Source: an uncultured Chthonomonadaceae bacterium (GTDB taxonomy: Bacteria > Armatimonadota > Chthonomonadetes > Chthonomonadales > Chthonomonadaceae). From it: 64,000 nucleotides of DNA. This document shows, piece after piece, positions 40,760-53,107 of the stretch. Positions within the stretch are counted from its first letter, which is position 1; each line of letters begins with the position of its first letter. Where the stretch lies: assembly GCA_963817895.1 (NCBI GenBank), contig CAWFQB010000011.1:64001-128000 (forward strand). The letters run 5' to 3'. The notes below the pieces were generated by a model, which saw nothing but the letters and a program-made list of their open reading frames with translations, did not search any database and had not been told where the DNA came from. Both the position numbers and the translations under genes were made by a program.

Positions 40760-43318
40760 CTACGCGGCGTCTTGCTCCATGAGAATTTGCAGCGTTTCCC
40801 ACAATTCCGGCATCTCTTCCAACACCGCGCCGAGCGCATCCTGCCGCTCCTGCCAAATCAACAACATCACAAAATTGCCCAAAACCGTGACGGTACTTGG
40901 ATGGCGCGGCCCCAAACCACGCAGCATGATGCCAACTGCCTGTGTGTACAGCGGTTCGGCTTCCTCATAGCTCCCTTGCAACTCGTACAACTCCGCCAGA
41001 TTATTGAGGCTGCCTGCAATGTCAGGATGGCCTTGCGGCAACGCTGTGCGCCGTATCTCCAACGCCTGCATGTACAGCGGTTCGGCTTCCTCGTAGCGGC
41101 CTTGCGACCGGTACAACCCCGCCAGATTGTTGAGACCGGTTGCGATGCTTGGATGGCCGTCCGGCAGAGCGTTGCGCCGTATCTCCAGCGCCTGCGTGTA
41201 CAGCGGTTCGGCTTCCTCGTAGCGGCCTTGCGATTCGTACAACGCCGCTAGATTGTTGAGGTGAGTGGCGTAGCCCGGATGGTTCTCTCCTAACGTCAGA
41301 CGATCAATCTCCAACGCCTGCATGTACAGCGGTTCGGCTTCCTTATAGCGGCCTTGCGACTGGTACAACCCCGCCAGATTGTTGAGGCTGCCTGCAATGG
41401 TAGGATGGCCGGCCGGCAACGCTTTGCGCCGTATCGCCAACGCCTGAACAAACAGCGGTTCGGCTTCGGTCCATAGCGCCTGACGGTCTACAAAATGCGC
41501 CAGCCAGTCGGCAATAGCGCCGCAGGCGTCGGCGTCTTCAAGTTCCGCCGCGACATCCGCCGCCGACATCGCCTGCCGCCACGCGGTTTCCAGCCGCGCC
41601 CGCTTTACAGCATCTTCCCGGTTTCCTAAACCGCTGTTTTCCTGCGCGACCTGTTGGTAGTACGCGATGAAATGCTTCCGTACCGATTCATCCCTATCCT
41701 CTGCGTTCAGGCGCTTGCGGGCGTAGGCGCGCGTGGGGCGCAGCAGGGAATACGCGCTTTTGCCCTCCTTGCCGCTCCGCACAACCAGCGCCGCCTGCTG
41801 CAATCGTGTGAGGTGCGCCCGTTTCACCGTTGGGAAACACACGCTGATCTCTTCTGAGGGGCAATGGTCGGCAAACAGGCTGAGACGGAGAAGGGCAGCC
41901 TGCGCTTCCGCATCCAGCAGACGCCACGACCAGTTGTAGCACTTTTCCAGCGCATGATGCCGCCAACTCGGATCGCTGCCGTACCGTCCCTCCGGCATTT
42001 CGGTCATTTCGCCCATTGGCTCATCGCTCAATTCCCGCGCGATTTCCGCAAGTTCCAGATCGCCAACATGCGCCGCCGCCAGTTCGAGTGCAAGGGGAAT
42101 CCGCGCGGTTTCATGCAGGATTTGCGCGATGGCCTGCTCCTCCAACGCGGTCGGTTGCCGGTCGAAGTTTGCCGTTTTTTCGCGTATGCGGGTCAGCAGC
42201 AAATCGCGGGCTTCCCCCGGCTGCAATCCGTCCACATCCTGTACAATTTCCAGTGGCGTCAATCCCACGTCATTACGCCCCGTCACGAGCAGATGCAGGC
42301 CGGGACAGCCTTCCAGTAATTGCGCGATCAGCCGCGCCGACGCTTCGCCCTTCACGGTTTCGTAATTGTCCAGCAGCAGCAGCATATTGCCGTCCGCAGG
42401 CAGGCGCTCCGGCAGGGTTTCATGGGTAATCGGCGCGTCCGGGCTGCTTTTCAGGCCGAACGCTTTTGCCACGCTCCCGACCAGATACTCCCTGCGGGCC
42501 TCGTCCGAAACCAGCGCGTCATCGGAAATGCCGTCCAGTCGCGCCAGATACAAACGCCCCTCGAACAAACCCGCCGCGTTCAAACAGCACTGCATCGCAA
42601 GGCGCGTTTTGCCCATGCCGCCGAACCCGTGCAGCGTGACCAGCCGATACGCGCTTTTGTTGCCCGTTCGCAGCGCGAAAATGCCGGACACTCTGTTTTC
42701 CAGTTCCGGGCGCACAACATAGTGGTTTGTTTCTCGAAACCAGCCGGGCATGAACTGCGCTCCCGGTTCCCTGCTTGTCCAGCCCTCGTACAGCAGTTCA
42801 TAAAACTTCTGCGGCTCCTGCCAGTTCTTGACCCGCCGGTTCGGCCAGCATTGCCACTCCCACTGTTTGCGGTCCGAAACGCGGTGCGTCTCATCCGAAG
42901 CGATAATCTGCCCGCCGTCCACATTGGTCATCAGACGCGCCGTATAGATAATGTCTTCGGCCATCTGATACAGGCCGTGTTCGTCCGGCATTACCTGTTC
43001 GCGGGCGGTATGGACGACGATACGAACGGCCACCTTGCGCACATTCTCCGCCGGATCGTCCGCCCGCAGTTTCGGCAGCGACTTTTGGATGGCGACGGCG
43101 CACGTCAGCGCGTCATTGACGTTTTCAAAAACCACAACCGCATCATCGCCGCGCGGCGTTCCGCTGAGTTCGCCCCCATGCAGCCCGAACAGCCGGTTCA
43201 ATTCGGCATACAGGGGCGCATGCAGCCGTTCCAGATAGTCTTTGCGCGACAGGCTGCGGGCAATTTTGGTCGAACCCTCAATATCCAGCATCAGAAACGT
43301 GGGGTACGGGGTCGGCAC
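40760..43318 (-). CDS. Class III nucleotide cyclase-like + STAND/NB-ARC ATPase + TPR protein
   Basis: LDIEGST/GDD; GFGGMGKT, LLLLDNYE, IPLALELAA; 42-aa TPR repeats. Confidence 0.88.
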   Translation of the reverse strand: MPTPYPTFLMLDIEGSTKIARSLSRKDYLERLHAPLYAELNRLFGLHGGELSGTPRGDDAVVVFENVNDALTCAVAIQKSLPKLRADDPAENVRKVAVRIVVHTAREQVMPDEHGLYQMAEDIIYTARLMTNVDGGQIIASDETHRVSDRKQWEWQCWPNRRVKNWQEPQKFYELLYEGWTSREPGAQFMPGWFRETNHYVVRPELENRVSGIFALRTGNKSAYRLVTLHGFGGMGKTRLAMQCCLNAAGLFEGRLYLARLDGISDDALVSDEARREYLVGSVAKAFGLKSSPDAPITHETLPERLPADGNMLLLLDNYETVKGEASARLIAQLLEGCPGLHLLVTGRNDVGLTPLEIVQDVDGLQPGEARDLLLTRIREKTANFDRQPTALEEQAIAQILHETARIPLALELAAAHVGDLELAEIARELSDEPMGEMTEMPEGRYGSDPSWRHHALEKCYNWSWRLLDAEAQAALLRLSLFADHCPSEEISVCFPTVKRAHLTRLQQAALVVRSGKEGKSAYSLLRPTRAYARKRLNAEDRDESVRKHFIAYYQQVAQENSGLGNREDAVKRARLETAWRQAMSAADVAAELEDADACGAIADWLAHFVDRQALWTEAEPLFVQALAIRRKALPAGHPTIAGSLNNLAGLYQSQGRYKEAEPLYMQALEIDRLTLGENHPGYATHLNNLAALYESQGRYEEAEPLYTQALEIRRNALPDGHPSIATGLNNLAGLYRSQGRYEEAEPLYMQALEIRRTALPQGHPDIAGSLNNLAELYELQGSYEEAEPLYTQAVGIMLRGLGPRHPSTVTVLGNFVMLLIWQERQDALGAVLEEMPELWETLQILMEQDAA

Positions 43319-43603
43319 GGAACGGCTCCCTTCGGCTTCACAATCTCGCGGCAATAACGCTTGCTATACTATACCCTTTTCATATTACCGGAACAGAAAA
43401 CCCGCGTTACAAGTTCCTCTTCTTTCGATATACGCGCTGTTCCTGCCTGTTGCCGCAGAGCAATCGCCTCTAAAATGCTCAACACCTATCCCGGCGTCGC
43501 GCGGTTCGTCACGATGTTGCGCCTGCGCCCTTCTCCGGGTTGCCCGGGCCAGAAAGGATGCCAAAAAAGTAGAAAAAAATCTACATGAATAGCAGAAACA
43601 AAC

Positions 43604-43630
43604 GAACCTTTCCTGTATCCACGTCGTCTA
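43604..43630 (+). promoter_or_regulatory. ECF-type promoter
   Basis: GAACC-N16-CGTCTA. Confidence 0.45.
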
Positions 43631-43725
43631 AATGCAACACACCTCTACATAATGACGTGTGCTAAATAGCCAGGTGGCGGGACGTTGAAGTTCGTAGTGC
43701 CTGTAAACTATCAACTATCAAACCC

Positions 43726-43873
43726 GGAAGGGAGGCGCTGAAAGATGCCTGGACACTCTCCCCGTTCGCCGTAACTACTCGGAGGTCACGACGCCTCTAC
43801 TTAAAAACTTGACATAACGAGACATCGGGCTGGAAGCGCTGCATTGCCAATATTTCGACGCTGTCTCTACATA
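43726..43873 (+). promoter_or_regulatory. Conserved leader element copy 2 (SD, uORF MPGHSPRSP* at 43745-43774, hairpin core)
   Basis: Homologous to 822-968. Confidence 0.6.
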
Positions 43874-44053
43874 CTCTTTTTCTTTTTCGTTTAGATGTGC
43901 CGATCCTGCTTGTTGCCGCCGACAGGTTGCAGCCCTTCGCGCAGTGTGCTATACTGCCCCATGTTTTGGAAAATTATCAGTCCGATATTCGCGTTCATTC
44001 GCGTTTATTCGCGGCTGTTTTCACAATCCCAATTTTCAGGTGAGGTAAGCATC

Positions 44054-45243
44054 ATGGAACCAACGCAGGAGACGATCGCGAACAGGATTTGGAACAGAAA
44101 TTCGTGGAGTTGTATGGCAGCGCGCCGGAATTTATCGTTCGCGCGCCGGGGCGCGTCAATCTCATCGGCGAACACACCGATTACAACGACGGCTTTGTGT
44201 TTCCCGCCGCCATCGAGCGCGACGTGATGATTGCGGGTTCGCGGCGCGCGGACAAACAGATACGCGCCCACGCCCTGAACTTTCACCAGACCTCCACGTT
44301 CAGCCTGCCCGACGTGCAGCCGACGGGAGAAGCCCGCGAACGCTGGAGCAACTATCTGCGCGCGATGGCGTGGGTGATGCAGCGCGAGGGCATGGAACTG
44401 CCCGGACTGAACGCCGTGATTGTCGGCAATGTGCCGCTCGGCGCCGGGTTATCCTCGTCCGCCGCCATGCTGGTCGCGTGCGGGCTGGCGCTGGCGACGG
44501 CAAGCGACACGCCCGTAGACCCCGTTCGGCTGGCAATCCTGGCGCGCAAGGGCGAAAACGATTTCATCGGGGCCAAAGTGGGCATCATGGATCAGTTCAT
44601 CTCGTCGCTCGGGCAGAAAGACCATGCCCTCCTGATTGACACGCGCGAACTGACGTATGAGGCCGTGCCCCTGCCGACTTCGGGCGTCAGCATCGTGATC
44701 GCGGACACCAACAAGAAACGCCCGGAGGGCAATCTGACGACGTGGTACAACGAGCGCGTGGAGCAGTGCGCCGAGGCCGTGCGGTTGTTCCAAAAGTACC
44801 TGCCGAATGTGAAAGCGTTGCGCGACGTGAGCGTGGCGGAATTCGAGAGTCACGCGGCAGAACTGCCGGAACTGCCGCGCAAGCGGGCGCAGCACGTCGT
44901 CACGGAAGATGCGCGTGTTCTGGAAAGCGTGGCCGCGCTGAAATCGGGTGACATTATCCGGTTCGGCAAACTGATGAATCAGTCGCACGAGAGCCTGCGC
45001 GACGATTATGAGGTGAGCTGCAAGGAACTGGATGCGCTGGTGGAGGCGGCGCGGAGCGTCGAGGGCGTGTATGGTTCGCGCATGACGGGCGCGGGTTTCG
45101 GTGGCTGCACGGTCAGCCTGGTGGCGGATGAGGCGCTGGAAGCCTTTCGCCGCGACGTTCCCCCCCGCTACAAAGCCGCAACCGGACTGGACACCACCAT
45201 CTACGTCACCACCGCTGCGCAGGGCGCGCAGCGGCTGGCGTAA
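44054..45243 (+). CDS. galK: Galactokinase (frameshift near N-terminus)
   Basis: APGRVNLIGEHTDYN, GAGLSSSAA, GIMDQ, GSRMTGAGFGG. Confidence 0.95.
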
Positions 45244-45597
45244 CAGACAAAGTATTGACAAAATAGTTTCCCTTCTTACCCTTCGCCGCATATATGCGCG
45301 AAGGGTAAGTTTTTGAGATGATTCTGCCGATACTCTATAATGGGAGGGTCTGCAAACGCGGTTTTTCGCGCGTTTCGCGCCTCTCCATGCGGCAGAGATG
45401 TCTTCAATCTGTTTCGTCCTACCTTTCCCTTTGTGGCTTTCCCTGCGTGGGCTTCTCTGCTGCAATTCATGAGAAGACGGCAATGAACATCAGGAATACA
45501 GGGATTGCAGGCGCGCCTGTCGGGATTGGGTGAAAGAGCGTGTCAACTCAATTTCAGGAGTGGATACGCGATACGATGATTTCCGGCGGGGCGCAGA

Positions 45598-47351
45598 ATG
45601 ACTGGAGCAGACCATGAACGGTCTTGCCGATGGTCGGGAACAGGAAGAACCCGGGGAAGCGGTGGGGACATTCCTCGATCACGCGCATTTGTCCGGCTGA
45701 TTTTCAATGGCGTGGCGCATGTTCGCACGTCGCTGGCGTCAGGCGGAAAGTTCGCTGCCGCTCGCTGCTGGATCGGGGCCGGGTCTTTTGTCGTCGCCGT
45801 ATTGCTGGTGAACGGGCTTGCAGCCCCTGCTGCACGAGTCGAAACGCCCTCTGCTTTTAATCAGCGCGGTCATGGTCAGCGCTATCATGGGCGGGATGCG
45901 CGCCGGCCTGTTCACCACAGGCCTTATTCGGCTTTCCTCGGCCTTACATTCTGATTATACCGCGTCCCTGCCGGAGGCTCTATCTCCGGGCTGCTCCAAA
46001 CTGGGCTTTTTACCGGTCTTCGCGATTATCGTCTGCGCTCTCAGCGACAGCCTGTATCTGGCGCGGCAACAGGCCGAAGACTGCGCAACATCAGGCCGAA
46101 AGTCTGGCGCGGCGCGCGTCAATTTCTGGCGCGGGCAAGCGCCCTGCTGGACAGTTCGCATGATCCCGTCACCCTCGCTTTACAGGTGACGCGGGCCATT
46201 GTTCCCGCCTTTGCCGAGGGCGCGATTGTGGATTTGCTGGACGCGCGGCAAACGCTGCGGCGGGTCGCGGCCATGCACCAGAATCCCGAAAAGGAAGCCC
46301 TGCCTGCACGACCTGAATTTCCGGTTTCCTCTGGATGCGCAGGCCAATCACCCCATTGCCAATGCCCTGCGTACCGGGCAGGCGGAACTTATCGAACAGG
46401 TTGATGAGACGTTGCTGACGGCCATCAACCCGGACGCCGATTATCTCGATCTGGCGCGGCGATTCGGAACCCGCTCCCTGCTGTGCGTCCCGCTTATCGC
46501 CCGCAATCGAACGTTCGGAACGCTGACGCTGATTTCCACTTCCGAGGAGCGGCGTTATACCCCGACCGATCTCGTGGTGGCGAAAGATTTAGCGTTGCGC
46601 ATGGCGCTTGCGCTGGACAATCTGCGGTTGTATCAGGAGGCGCAGCAGGAAATCCGCGAACGCGCCCGCATGGAACAGCAGATTCGCGAGTACAGCCTGC
46701 ATCTGGAAGAGCAGCGCCTGCAATTGGAAGAGGCCAATATTCGCCTGTCCCTACAGGTCAGCAAGGATGGCCTGACCGGGCTGAACAACCACATGGCCTT
46801 TCAGGAAACGCTTGCAAAAGAGGTTCAGCGAGCCACGCGATACGGGTCGCCCCTGTCGCTCCTGCTGCTGGACGTGGACAAATTCAAGCAGTACAACGAT
46901 ACCTACGGGCATCCCGCAGGCGATCAGGTGCTGAAAAAAGTGGCCGAACGCGCTGCAAACCGGGGCGCGGGACACCGATTTCGTGGCGCGGTACGGCGGG
47001 GAAGAGTTCGCCGTTATCCTGCCGAACACAGGCCGGTTTGAGGCATTAGAAGCGGCGGAGCGCCTGCGCGGGGCAATTGAGGCGATGCGCGGATTGGAAC
47101 GGAAAGTTACTGCCAGTTTCGGTGTTGCTACACAGAGCGACGGCTTGGCCGCCGCGCCGGAACTGATTGCCGGGGCGGATAAGGCGCTGTATGCGTCCAA
47201 ACACGCGGGGCGTAACCGCGTCACCCATGCCGAACTGCTGTTGGCGATACAAGGCGGCGCGGAAGCGGCAGACGAAGCGGTCGTGTCCGTTCACAACATC
47301 GTCAGCCACGATATTGTCAGTCACAATGTTATCAGTTCCGAGCGGAGTTGA
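45598..47351 (+). CDS. Membrane sensor + GAF + GGDEF diguanylate cyclase (frameshifted, start uncertain)
   Basis: TM segments; GAF; DGLTGL.N, DVDKFK.YND.YGH, RYGGEEF. Confidence 0.85.
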
Positions 47352-48227
47352 GGGGGCAGGGCAGGGGTTCCACCGGACTGCGAGCAGACAAAACTCGCCA
47401 GTCGGCTGGCGTTGTCGTGCAGCCGGTCAAGATCAACGCCATGCAGCAATCCCCACACAAGCGCGGCGGTGAAGGCGTCCCCGGCCCCGACCGTATCCAC
47501 AACCGTCGCGGGATAGCCGGAATGTAGTGAACGCCTGAACTTCGCGACCAGAATGCTTCCGCCCTCCCCCCGCGTCAGCGCGACCATGCGCAGATTGAAG
47601 CGGGCGATCAGCGCGGCCATAACCTCATTTTCGCCTCCCCGCAGCGTGAGCATTTCGGCAACAATGGGCAATTCCTCGTGGTTGAGTTTCAGAACGTCGC
47701 ACAGTTCAAGGGAAGACTTCAATTGTGGCCCGGTCATAAAACAACTGGCGCAGATTGATGTCGAAGACGCGCAGGCAATCGCGCCGTGTCGCTTTAAGAA
47801 AAGCGTGGATGGAGGCCCGCGTGGTGGGCGCGCGCTGCGCCAGTGTCCCGAAACAGACGGCATCCGCCTGCCCCGCCAATTCGCGCAGGCGGGCATCGAA
47901 CGGCAGATAATCCCACGCGACATTGGGTTGAATCGTGTAATCCGGCTGGCCTTTGTCGTTTTTACGGACAGTCACGGTTCCTGTCGCATGGCGTAGGTCG
48001 CGCCGCAAAAAGTCCGTTTCCAATCCTTTTGAATTTAACTGCGTTTCGATCTCAAGCCCGTCCGCATCCTTGCCGATGCAACTGACTACCACGCCCCGCG
48101 CTCCCAATTGCCCGCTTTGAAACGCGAAATTGGCGGGCGCGCCACCGAGGTATTTTTCCTCCGGCCCGATTACATCCCACAAAATCTCTCCGATGCCGAC
48201 TATCACCGGCGCGTTTGGCGTACTCAT
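47321..48227 (-). CDS. PfkB family carbohydrate kinase (fructokinase-like, frameshifted)
   Basis: GEILWD, GGAPANFA, FDINLR, DTVGAGDAF. Confidence 0.9.
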
Positions 48228-48568
48228 ACTCCGAACTGCGCCCTTCTCCATAACCTGATTCATGTTCTGCGCGCCCTTCTGCTTACAATTTCGACTGTTC
48301 CGTCGCAAACCTGACCATTATAGCGAACAATGGCGTTTGTGGCAATAGCAAATTTGATGGAGAACACAATGTTTTGCAACATGGGCGCGGGGAGTGTATC
48401 ATAAAAGGAGGAATCCATTCAAAATGAATGGAATTCTCCTTGCAGAAACTTTTGTTTGCGAGAAGCGTGTTCCTATAAAGGCATTTGAGCCTGCTTACCC
48501 GCAATGCGCTATCAATTCACTCCGGCGGGAAATCCAGACGGTTCCCGCTTACATCAAAGGACAGCAAC

Positions 48569-49997
48569 ATGAGTCAGCAACAGAGCCGTCGCGATTTTAT
48601 CCGCGCGGCAGCGCTTACGGGCGCGGGCGTGTGGATGGCCGACAAATCGTGGGCCGTTTCCTCCCCGCAGCATCGCATCATCGGCGCCAATGACCGCATC
48701 AAATTCGCCTGCATCGGCGTGGGCGGCAAGGGCGAAAGCGACAGCCACGACGCGGCGCGTTTTGGCGACATCATCGCCATCTGCGACGTGGACGACAACA
48801 CGCTCAACTCCTGCGCCAACCGCAAGATGGATAGGCAGTACGGAAACGCCGTTTGCGAATGCCAAAAAGTACAACGATTATCGCAAGCTGTTCGAGGAGA
48901 TGGGCAAGGACATTGACGCCGTAACGGTGACAACGCCGGATCACCACCATGTTCACGCGGCTTCCATGGCGATCATGCGCGACATTCACTGCTTCTGCCA
49001 GAAGCCGCTCACGCACAGCATCTATGAGGCGCGGTATCTGGGCGATCTGGCCCGCAAGCACAAAGTCGCCACGCAGATGGGCAATCAGGGTACAGCGGAC
49101 AACTCCATGCGCGCCAACGCCTACAAAGTGCGGGCGGGCGCGTTGGGAACCGTTACGGAAGTCCACGTCTGGACCAATCGCCCCATCTGGCCGCAGGGCG
49201 TTTCCCGTCCCGCTCCCGAACCCGTGCCGTCCAACCTGCACTGGGATTTGTGGCTTGGCCCCGCTCCCGACCGTCCCTTCGTCGCGGGCAACGGCGGCAA
49301 GGCGGGCTATCATTCGTTCGCGTGGCGTGGATGGTGGGACTTCGGCACGGGCGCGCTGGGCGATATGGCCTGCCATACCGTGAACCTGCCCTACATGGCG
49401 CTCGACCTGCGCTGGCCGACCAGCGTGGAAGCAACCTCGTCGGGAACCAACAAAGACAGCTATCCCAACTCATCGAAAATCGTGTTCCAGTTCCCGGCAG
49501 TCAAAACGGCGAAATACTCCCGGCCCGCGCTCACGATGTACTGGTACGACGGCCACAACCTGCCGCCGGCAGAAAAGGTTTCGGGCAGCCCGTTCCCCGC
49601 AGCAGACCTGATCGAAGACAACAAACTTTCCGACAGCGGTTCGCTGATTATTGGCGACAAGGGCAAACTGTACACGCCGGGCGACTACGGCGGCAGGGGC
49701 AAAATCGTTGCGGGCGTCACTGTGGAAGCGCCGTTCCCGAAATCCCCCGGCCACTTTGAGGAGTTCGTCAACGCCATTCGCACGAACAACTCCGAACCGG
49801 CTATGTCCAACTTCCCCGACTACTCCGGGCCGCTGACGGAAACCATCCTGCTCGGCAATCTGGCGGTATGGGCGGCAGGCACGACCGGCGAAAAAGGCCG
49901 CATTGACTGGGACGCCAAAAAACTCCACGCCAAAAACGCGTCCTCGGACATCAACGACATCATCCGGCCCCACTACCGCTCCGGCTACTCCATCTAG
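48569..49997 (+). CDS. Tat-exported Gfo/Idh/MocA oxidoreductase (frameshifted)
   Basis: SRRDFI; IGVGGKG; TPDHHH, CQKPL, GALGDMACH. Confidence 0.9.
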
Positions 49998-50232
49998 GAG
50001 AGTGGTTAGTTGATAGTTAATAGATGGTAGTAAGGCGTTCCTGCCTTCCCATCATCTATTAACTATCAACCCTTTCTGCCCTGCCTGCTCCTCTTCCTCT
50101 AATCGCCTGTTGATAAGTTTCCATCCAGAATGGCTGAAATCCTGAAGGTTTTCATTAACCTTCAGGATACTTGTCAAGTTTGGCTTTTCTTGCTACAATG
50201 CTCTATGCTGGATTATACGAAGGATAACGGCG

Positions 50233-51753
50233 ATGTGGATGATGGCAGGGGCGCTGTTAGTTGGGATAGCGGCGATTGTGGGCGGCTTTTTGCTGCGGGA
50301 GTTCGGGAGAATCTGGGTTCCGCTGTCGCTCGCTATCAACGCGCAGGCGCGGGGACGCCATGATGCCGCCTGTCGCCTGTACCGGATCGTGATTGCCAAA
50401 CCTACGCGGCTGAGTGAAGTGGCGAAGCGCGACGCCCGGTTCCGGCTGTCGTGGCTGCTCATGGAAAACGGGGAGTATGCTGAAGCCGTCGAACTGCTGC
50501 AAACCAACCTCAAAGCGCGTTGCGCGCCCACCGTTGAATCCAACGCGCGGCAGCGATTGGCGGAAGCGTTGGAGGGCGCGGGGCAGATGGAGGCGGCGGA
50601 GGCAGAACGAACGCGGGCCGGCGCGCTGCTGGACGCGACCCCCAACACGGCGGGCAAACTGCTGTCTGAAGCGGACATGCTGAGTAAGCAGCAGAAATTT
50701 ACGGAAGCGTATGCCGCTTACGAGCGCGGGCTTGTTCTGGTTCCGTCCGCCAATACCGCCCTTCGCGCCCGCGTCATGGCGCAACTGGCCCTGTCCGCCT
50801 TCAATTGCGGGCAGCCGCAGCAGGCCATACAGTGGGGCGAGCAGGCGGTTGCCCTGAAACCCGGCCTGACGATTCTGCTGACGGCGCACAGCGCGGCAGG
50901 ATTGGGCTACAATGCGCTGGGCCAACTGGAACAGGCGGAAACCCACCAGACGCGGGCGCTGGAAATCGCTACCAACGCGGGCAATCAGGATTCCGCCGCC
51001 CGGTTTACGGTGCAGGTGGCGGAAACCCGGCGGCGTATGGGCCGACTGGTCGAGGCCATGCAGATGTGCGAACAGGCGGCGGGCATGAGCATCCGGCAGC
51101 GGCGCAGCGTGTACGCCGTGCAGTACGAAATCCTGAGCAACTGGGGCCGTTTTGACGAGGCCGCGCAGGTTCTGGAACAGGCGCAGCGGGCGCAGCAGTT
51201 TCCCACCCCCTCCATGCAAAAGCGGATGCAGGCCGTATACGTGTGTGAAACCGCCATGCTGTTCGGGGAGCGCGGCCTGCCGGAGCAGGGCTGGCCTATG
51301 CTGGCGGAGGGATTGGAGGGACTGCGCAACGACACCAAAACCGCTACGCGCTTTCGCGCGGGCGGCGTCTGGCTGCTGGCCCTGCTGAATCGGCGCGACG
51401 AAGTGTTCGCGCAGGCGGCAGACGTGGAAGCGGGTATGGGCGATTTCGCGCAGGACCCGGCCACGCGGCGCATTCTAATCGGCAATCTCGGGCGGGCGTT
51501 TCACGTTCTGGCGGAGTACGAGCGCAGTCTGGACTGCTGGCGGCAGTACCTTGCCCTGTCGCCCGATCCTGTGTTGCAGCCCCGGGGTTACTATTATGCA
51601 GGCAGTTGCCTGTATCATCTTGGCGACACGAACGAGGCAAAAGCCATGCTGGAAAAAGCCCTCGCGTTCGGCATAGACACGGTGGACGCTAATCGCGCCC
51701 GCCGCCTGCTTCTGGAACTGAACACGCGACAGCAAGTCATTCCTTCCTCCTGA
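50233..51753 (+). CDS. Membrane-anchored TPR protein
   Basis: N-terminal TM; helical TPR-like repeats. Confidence 0.75.
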   Translation: MWMMAGALLVGIAAIVGGFLLREFGRIWVPLSLAINAQARGRHDAACRLYRIVIAKPTRLSEVAKRDARFRLSWLLMENGEYAEAVELLQTNLKARCAPTVESNARQRLAEALEGAGQMEAAEAERTRAGALLDATPNTAGKLLSEADMLSKQQKFTEAYAAYERGLVLVPSANTALRARVMAQLALSAFNCGQPQQAIQWGEQAVALKPGLTILLTAHSAAGLGYNALGQLEQAETHQTRALEIATNAGNQDSAARFTVQVAETRRRMGRLVEAMQMCEQAAGMSIRQRRSVYAVQYEILSNWGRFDEAAQVLEQAQRAQQFPTPSMQKRMQAVYVCETAMLFGERGLPEQGWPMLAEGLEGLRNDTKTATRFRAGGVWLLALLNRRDEVFAQAADVEAGMGDFAQDPATRRILIGNLGRAFHVLAEYERSLDCWRQYLALSPDPVLQPRGYYYAGSCLYHLGDTNEAKAMLEKALAFGIDTVDANRARRLLLELNTRQQVIPSS

Positions 51754-51886
51754 TGAGCCTGTTCCTCTCTCCAATCCACCCAAAAGACCGTCGCCTCGTC
51801 GTTCAATAACGCCTGAATCGTTTCTTCAAGGGTGACTGAATCGCGTTTTTGATAAGATTACTGTTCATATTCCCGCCTGCCCGCTT

Positions 51887-52414
51887 TTAAATTTCATTTT
51901 CGCGCCGACGCGCCATGATCAAATCAAGGCTGGTTTCCGCTCCCGATTCTACTTCAAATGCGCGTATGCCAATCGCTTCAAAGCCATAGCGCCGATAAAA
52001 TCTTTGCGCGCCGTGATTGTGTTCCCAAACATCCAGAGTGATAATCGCCGCGCTGTTCATTTGTGGATGACGCAGAACCGCTTCCATCAACGCGCTGCCA
52101 CAGCCCTGATTCTGAAAGTCCGCGCCCACATAAAGCCTGCGCAATTCCTTCTCCTGATGGAGCGTGGAACCGGGAGGAGAGTCGCCAAATTGCGCATACC
52201 CGACAAGTCGCTTGTCCATTTCAGCCACGAGAACCACGTCTTCAGCCAGTATCCGGGCGAAATTTGCCGGGGCAAGATTGCGCTGCAAATGCGCCGCTAA
52301 ATCCGCCGCGCTGAAGGTATGCCCAAAAGCAACGGAGTAGGTCTTTATCGCCAATTCCGACAGTGGCGCAATGTCGCTCGTTACAGCGGGTCTAATTATC
52401 AGCATCGAGTTCAT
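51887..52414 (-). CDS. GNAT acetyltransferase (PaiA-like)
   Basis: ELRRLYV, QNQGCG, VWEHN..AQRFY..YGF. Confidence 0.88.
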   Translation of the reverse strand: MNSMLIIRPAVTSDIAPLSELAIKTYSVAFGHTFSAADLAAHLQRNLAPANFARILAEDVVLVAEMDKRLVGYAQFGDSPPGSTLHQEKELRRLYVGADFQNQGCGSALMEAVLRHPQMNSAAIITLDVWEHNHGAQRFYRRYGFEAIGIRAFEVESGAETSLDLIMARRRENEI

Positions 52415-52441
52415 AGAGTTTTATTGGATTTTATTGATCAG

Positions 52442-53107
52442 TTAAGAATCTTTTCTTCGACGCAACATGGCGGGCAGGTAAAATTTAATTCCACTCCGCT
52501 CGTAGTCCCGATACGGACGGTCATAGCGGGCGCGAAGGCGCGTTTCTTCATGGAACGAGCCGAAATAGAAATACAGGGTTGCCACCGCGCTGAAGGACGC
52601 CCATCGAACCGTCATGCGCGGCTGAAGCCATAAAATCGCCAGCGCGAGAAAATTCAGTGGATGGCGGCTGACCCCGAACCAGCCCCGAACCCGCATTTCG
52701 CCCCGCTCATCCCGCGCCGGTCCCTGCCCTTCAGGTTCCGGCGCGATTTCTTTTGCGCCGCGCGTCCACGCCCACAGATTGGAAAGCCCGGTAAACTGCA
52801 AGATGCCAATCTGATGAATCGTATGCAGTTGCGCGACCAGACTGTAAGCCTGTCCCACCCACATCAGACGGGCCGCCTGTCCCCGAATTTCGTACAGGGT
52901 TCTGTTGGGCTGTTTGCGACTGTACGCGATCAGCGCCAGCAGGGTCACGGCGGACTGCCCCGTATAAAACGCGCGGTACAATCCGTTGCGATTTCGCTCC
53001 CCAACCCGATTTTGTACCGCGTTTTTTACCTTCGTACTGGCAAACAGCGAATGAACCAGCCCGAACGCCAGCGTTGCCCCCGCAATCTTCACAACCGTGC
53101 GCAACAT
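52442..53107 (-). CDS. NnrU/isoprenylcysteine methyltransferase-like membrane protein
   Basis: FGLVHSL, SRHPL, EE.RL...Y..Y. Confidence 0.75.
   Translation of the reverse strand: MLRTVVKIAGATLAFGLVHSLFASTKVKNAVQNRVGERNRNGLYRAFYTGQSAVTLLALIAYSRKQPNRTLYEIRGQAARLMWVGQAYSLVAQLHTIHQIGILQFTGLSNLWAWTRGAKEIAPEPEGQGPARDERGEMRVRGWFGVSRHPLNFLALAILWLQPRMTVRWASFSAVATLYFYFGSFHEETRLRARYDRPYRDYERSGIKFYLPAMLRRRKDS

Noticed and set aside
40930..41480. DGR template/variable repeats
   Set aside because: These are in-frame TPR coding repeats; no reverse transcriptase and no adenine-specific pattern evident.
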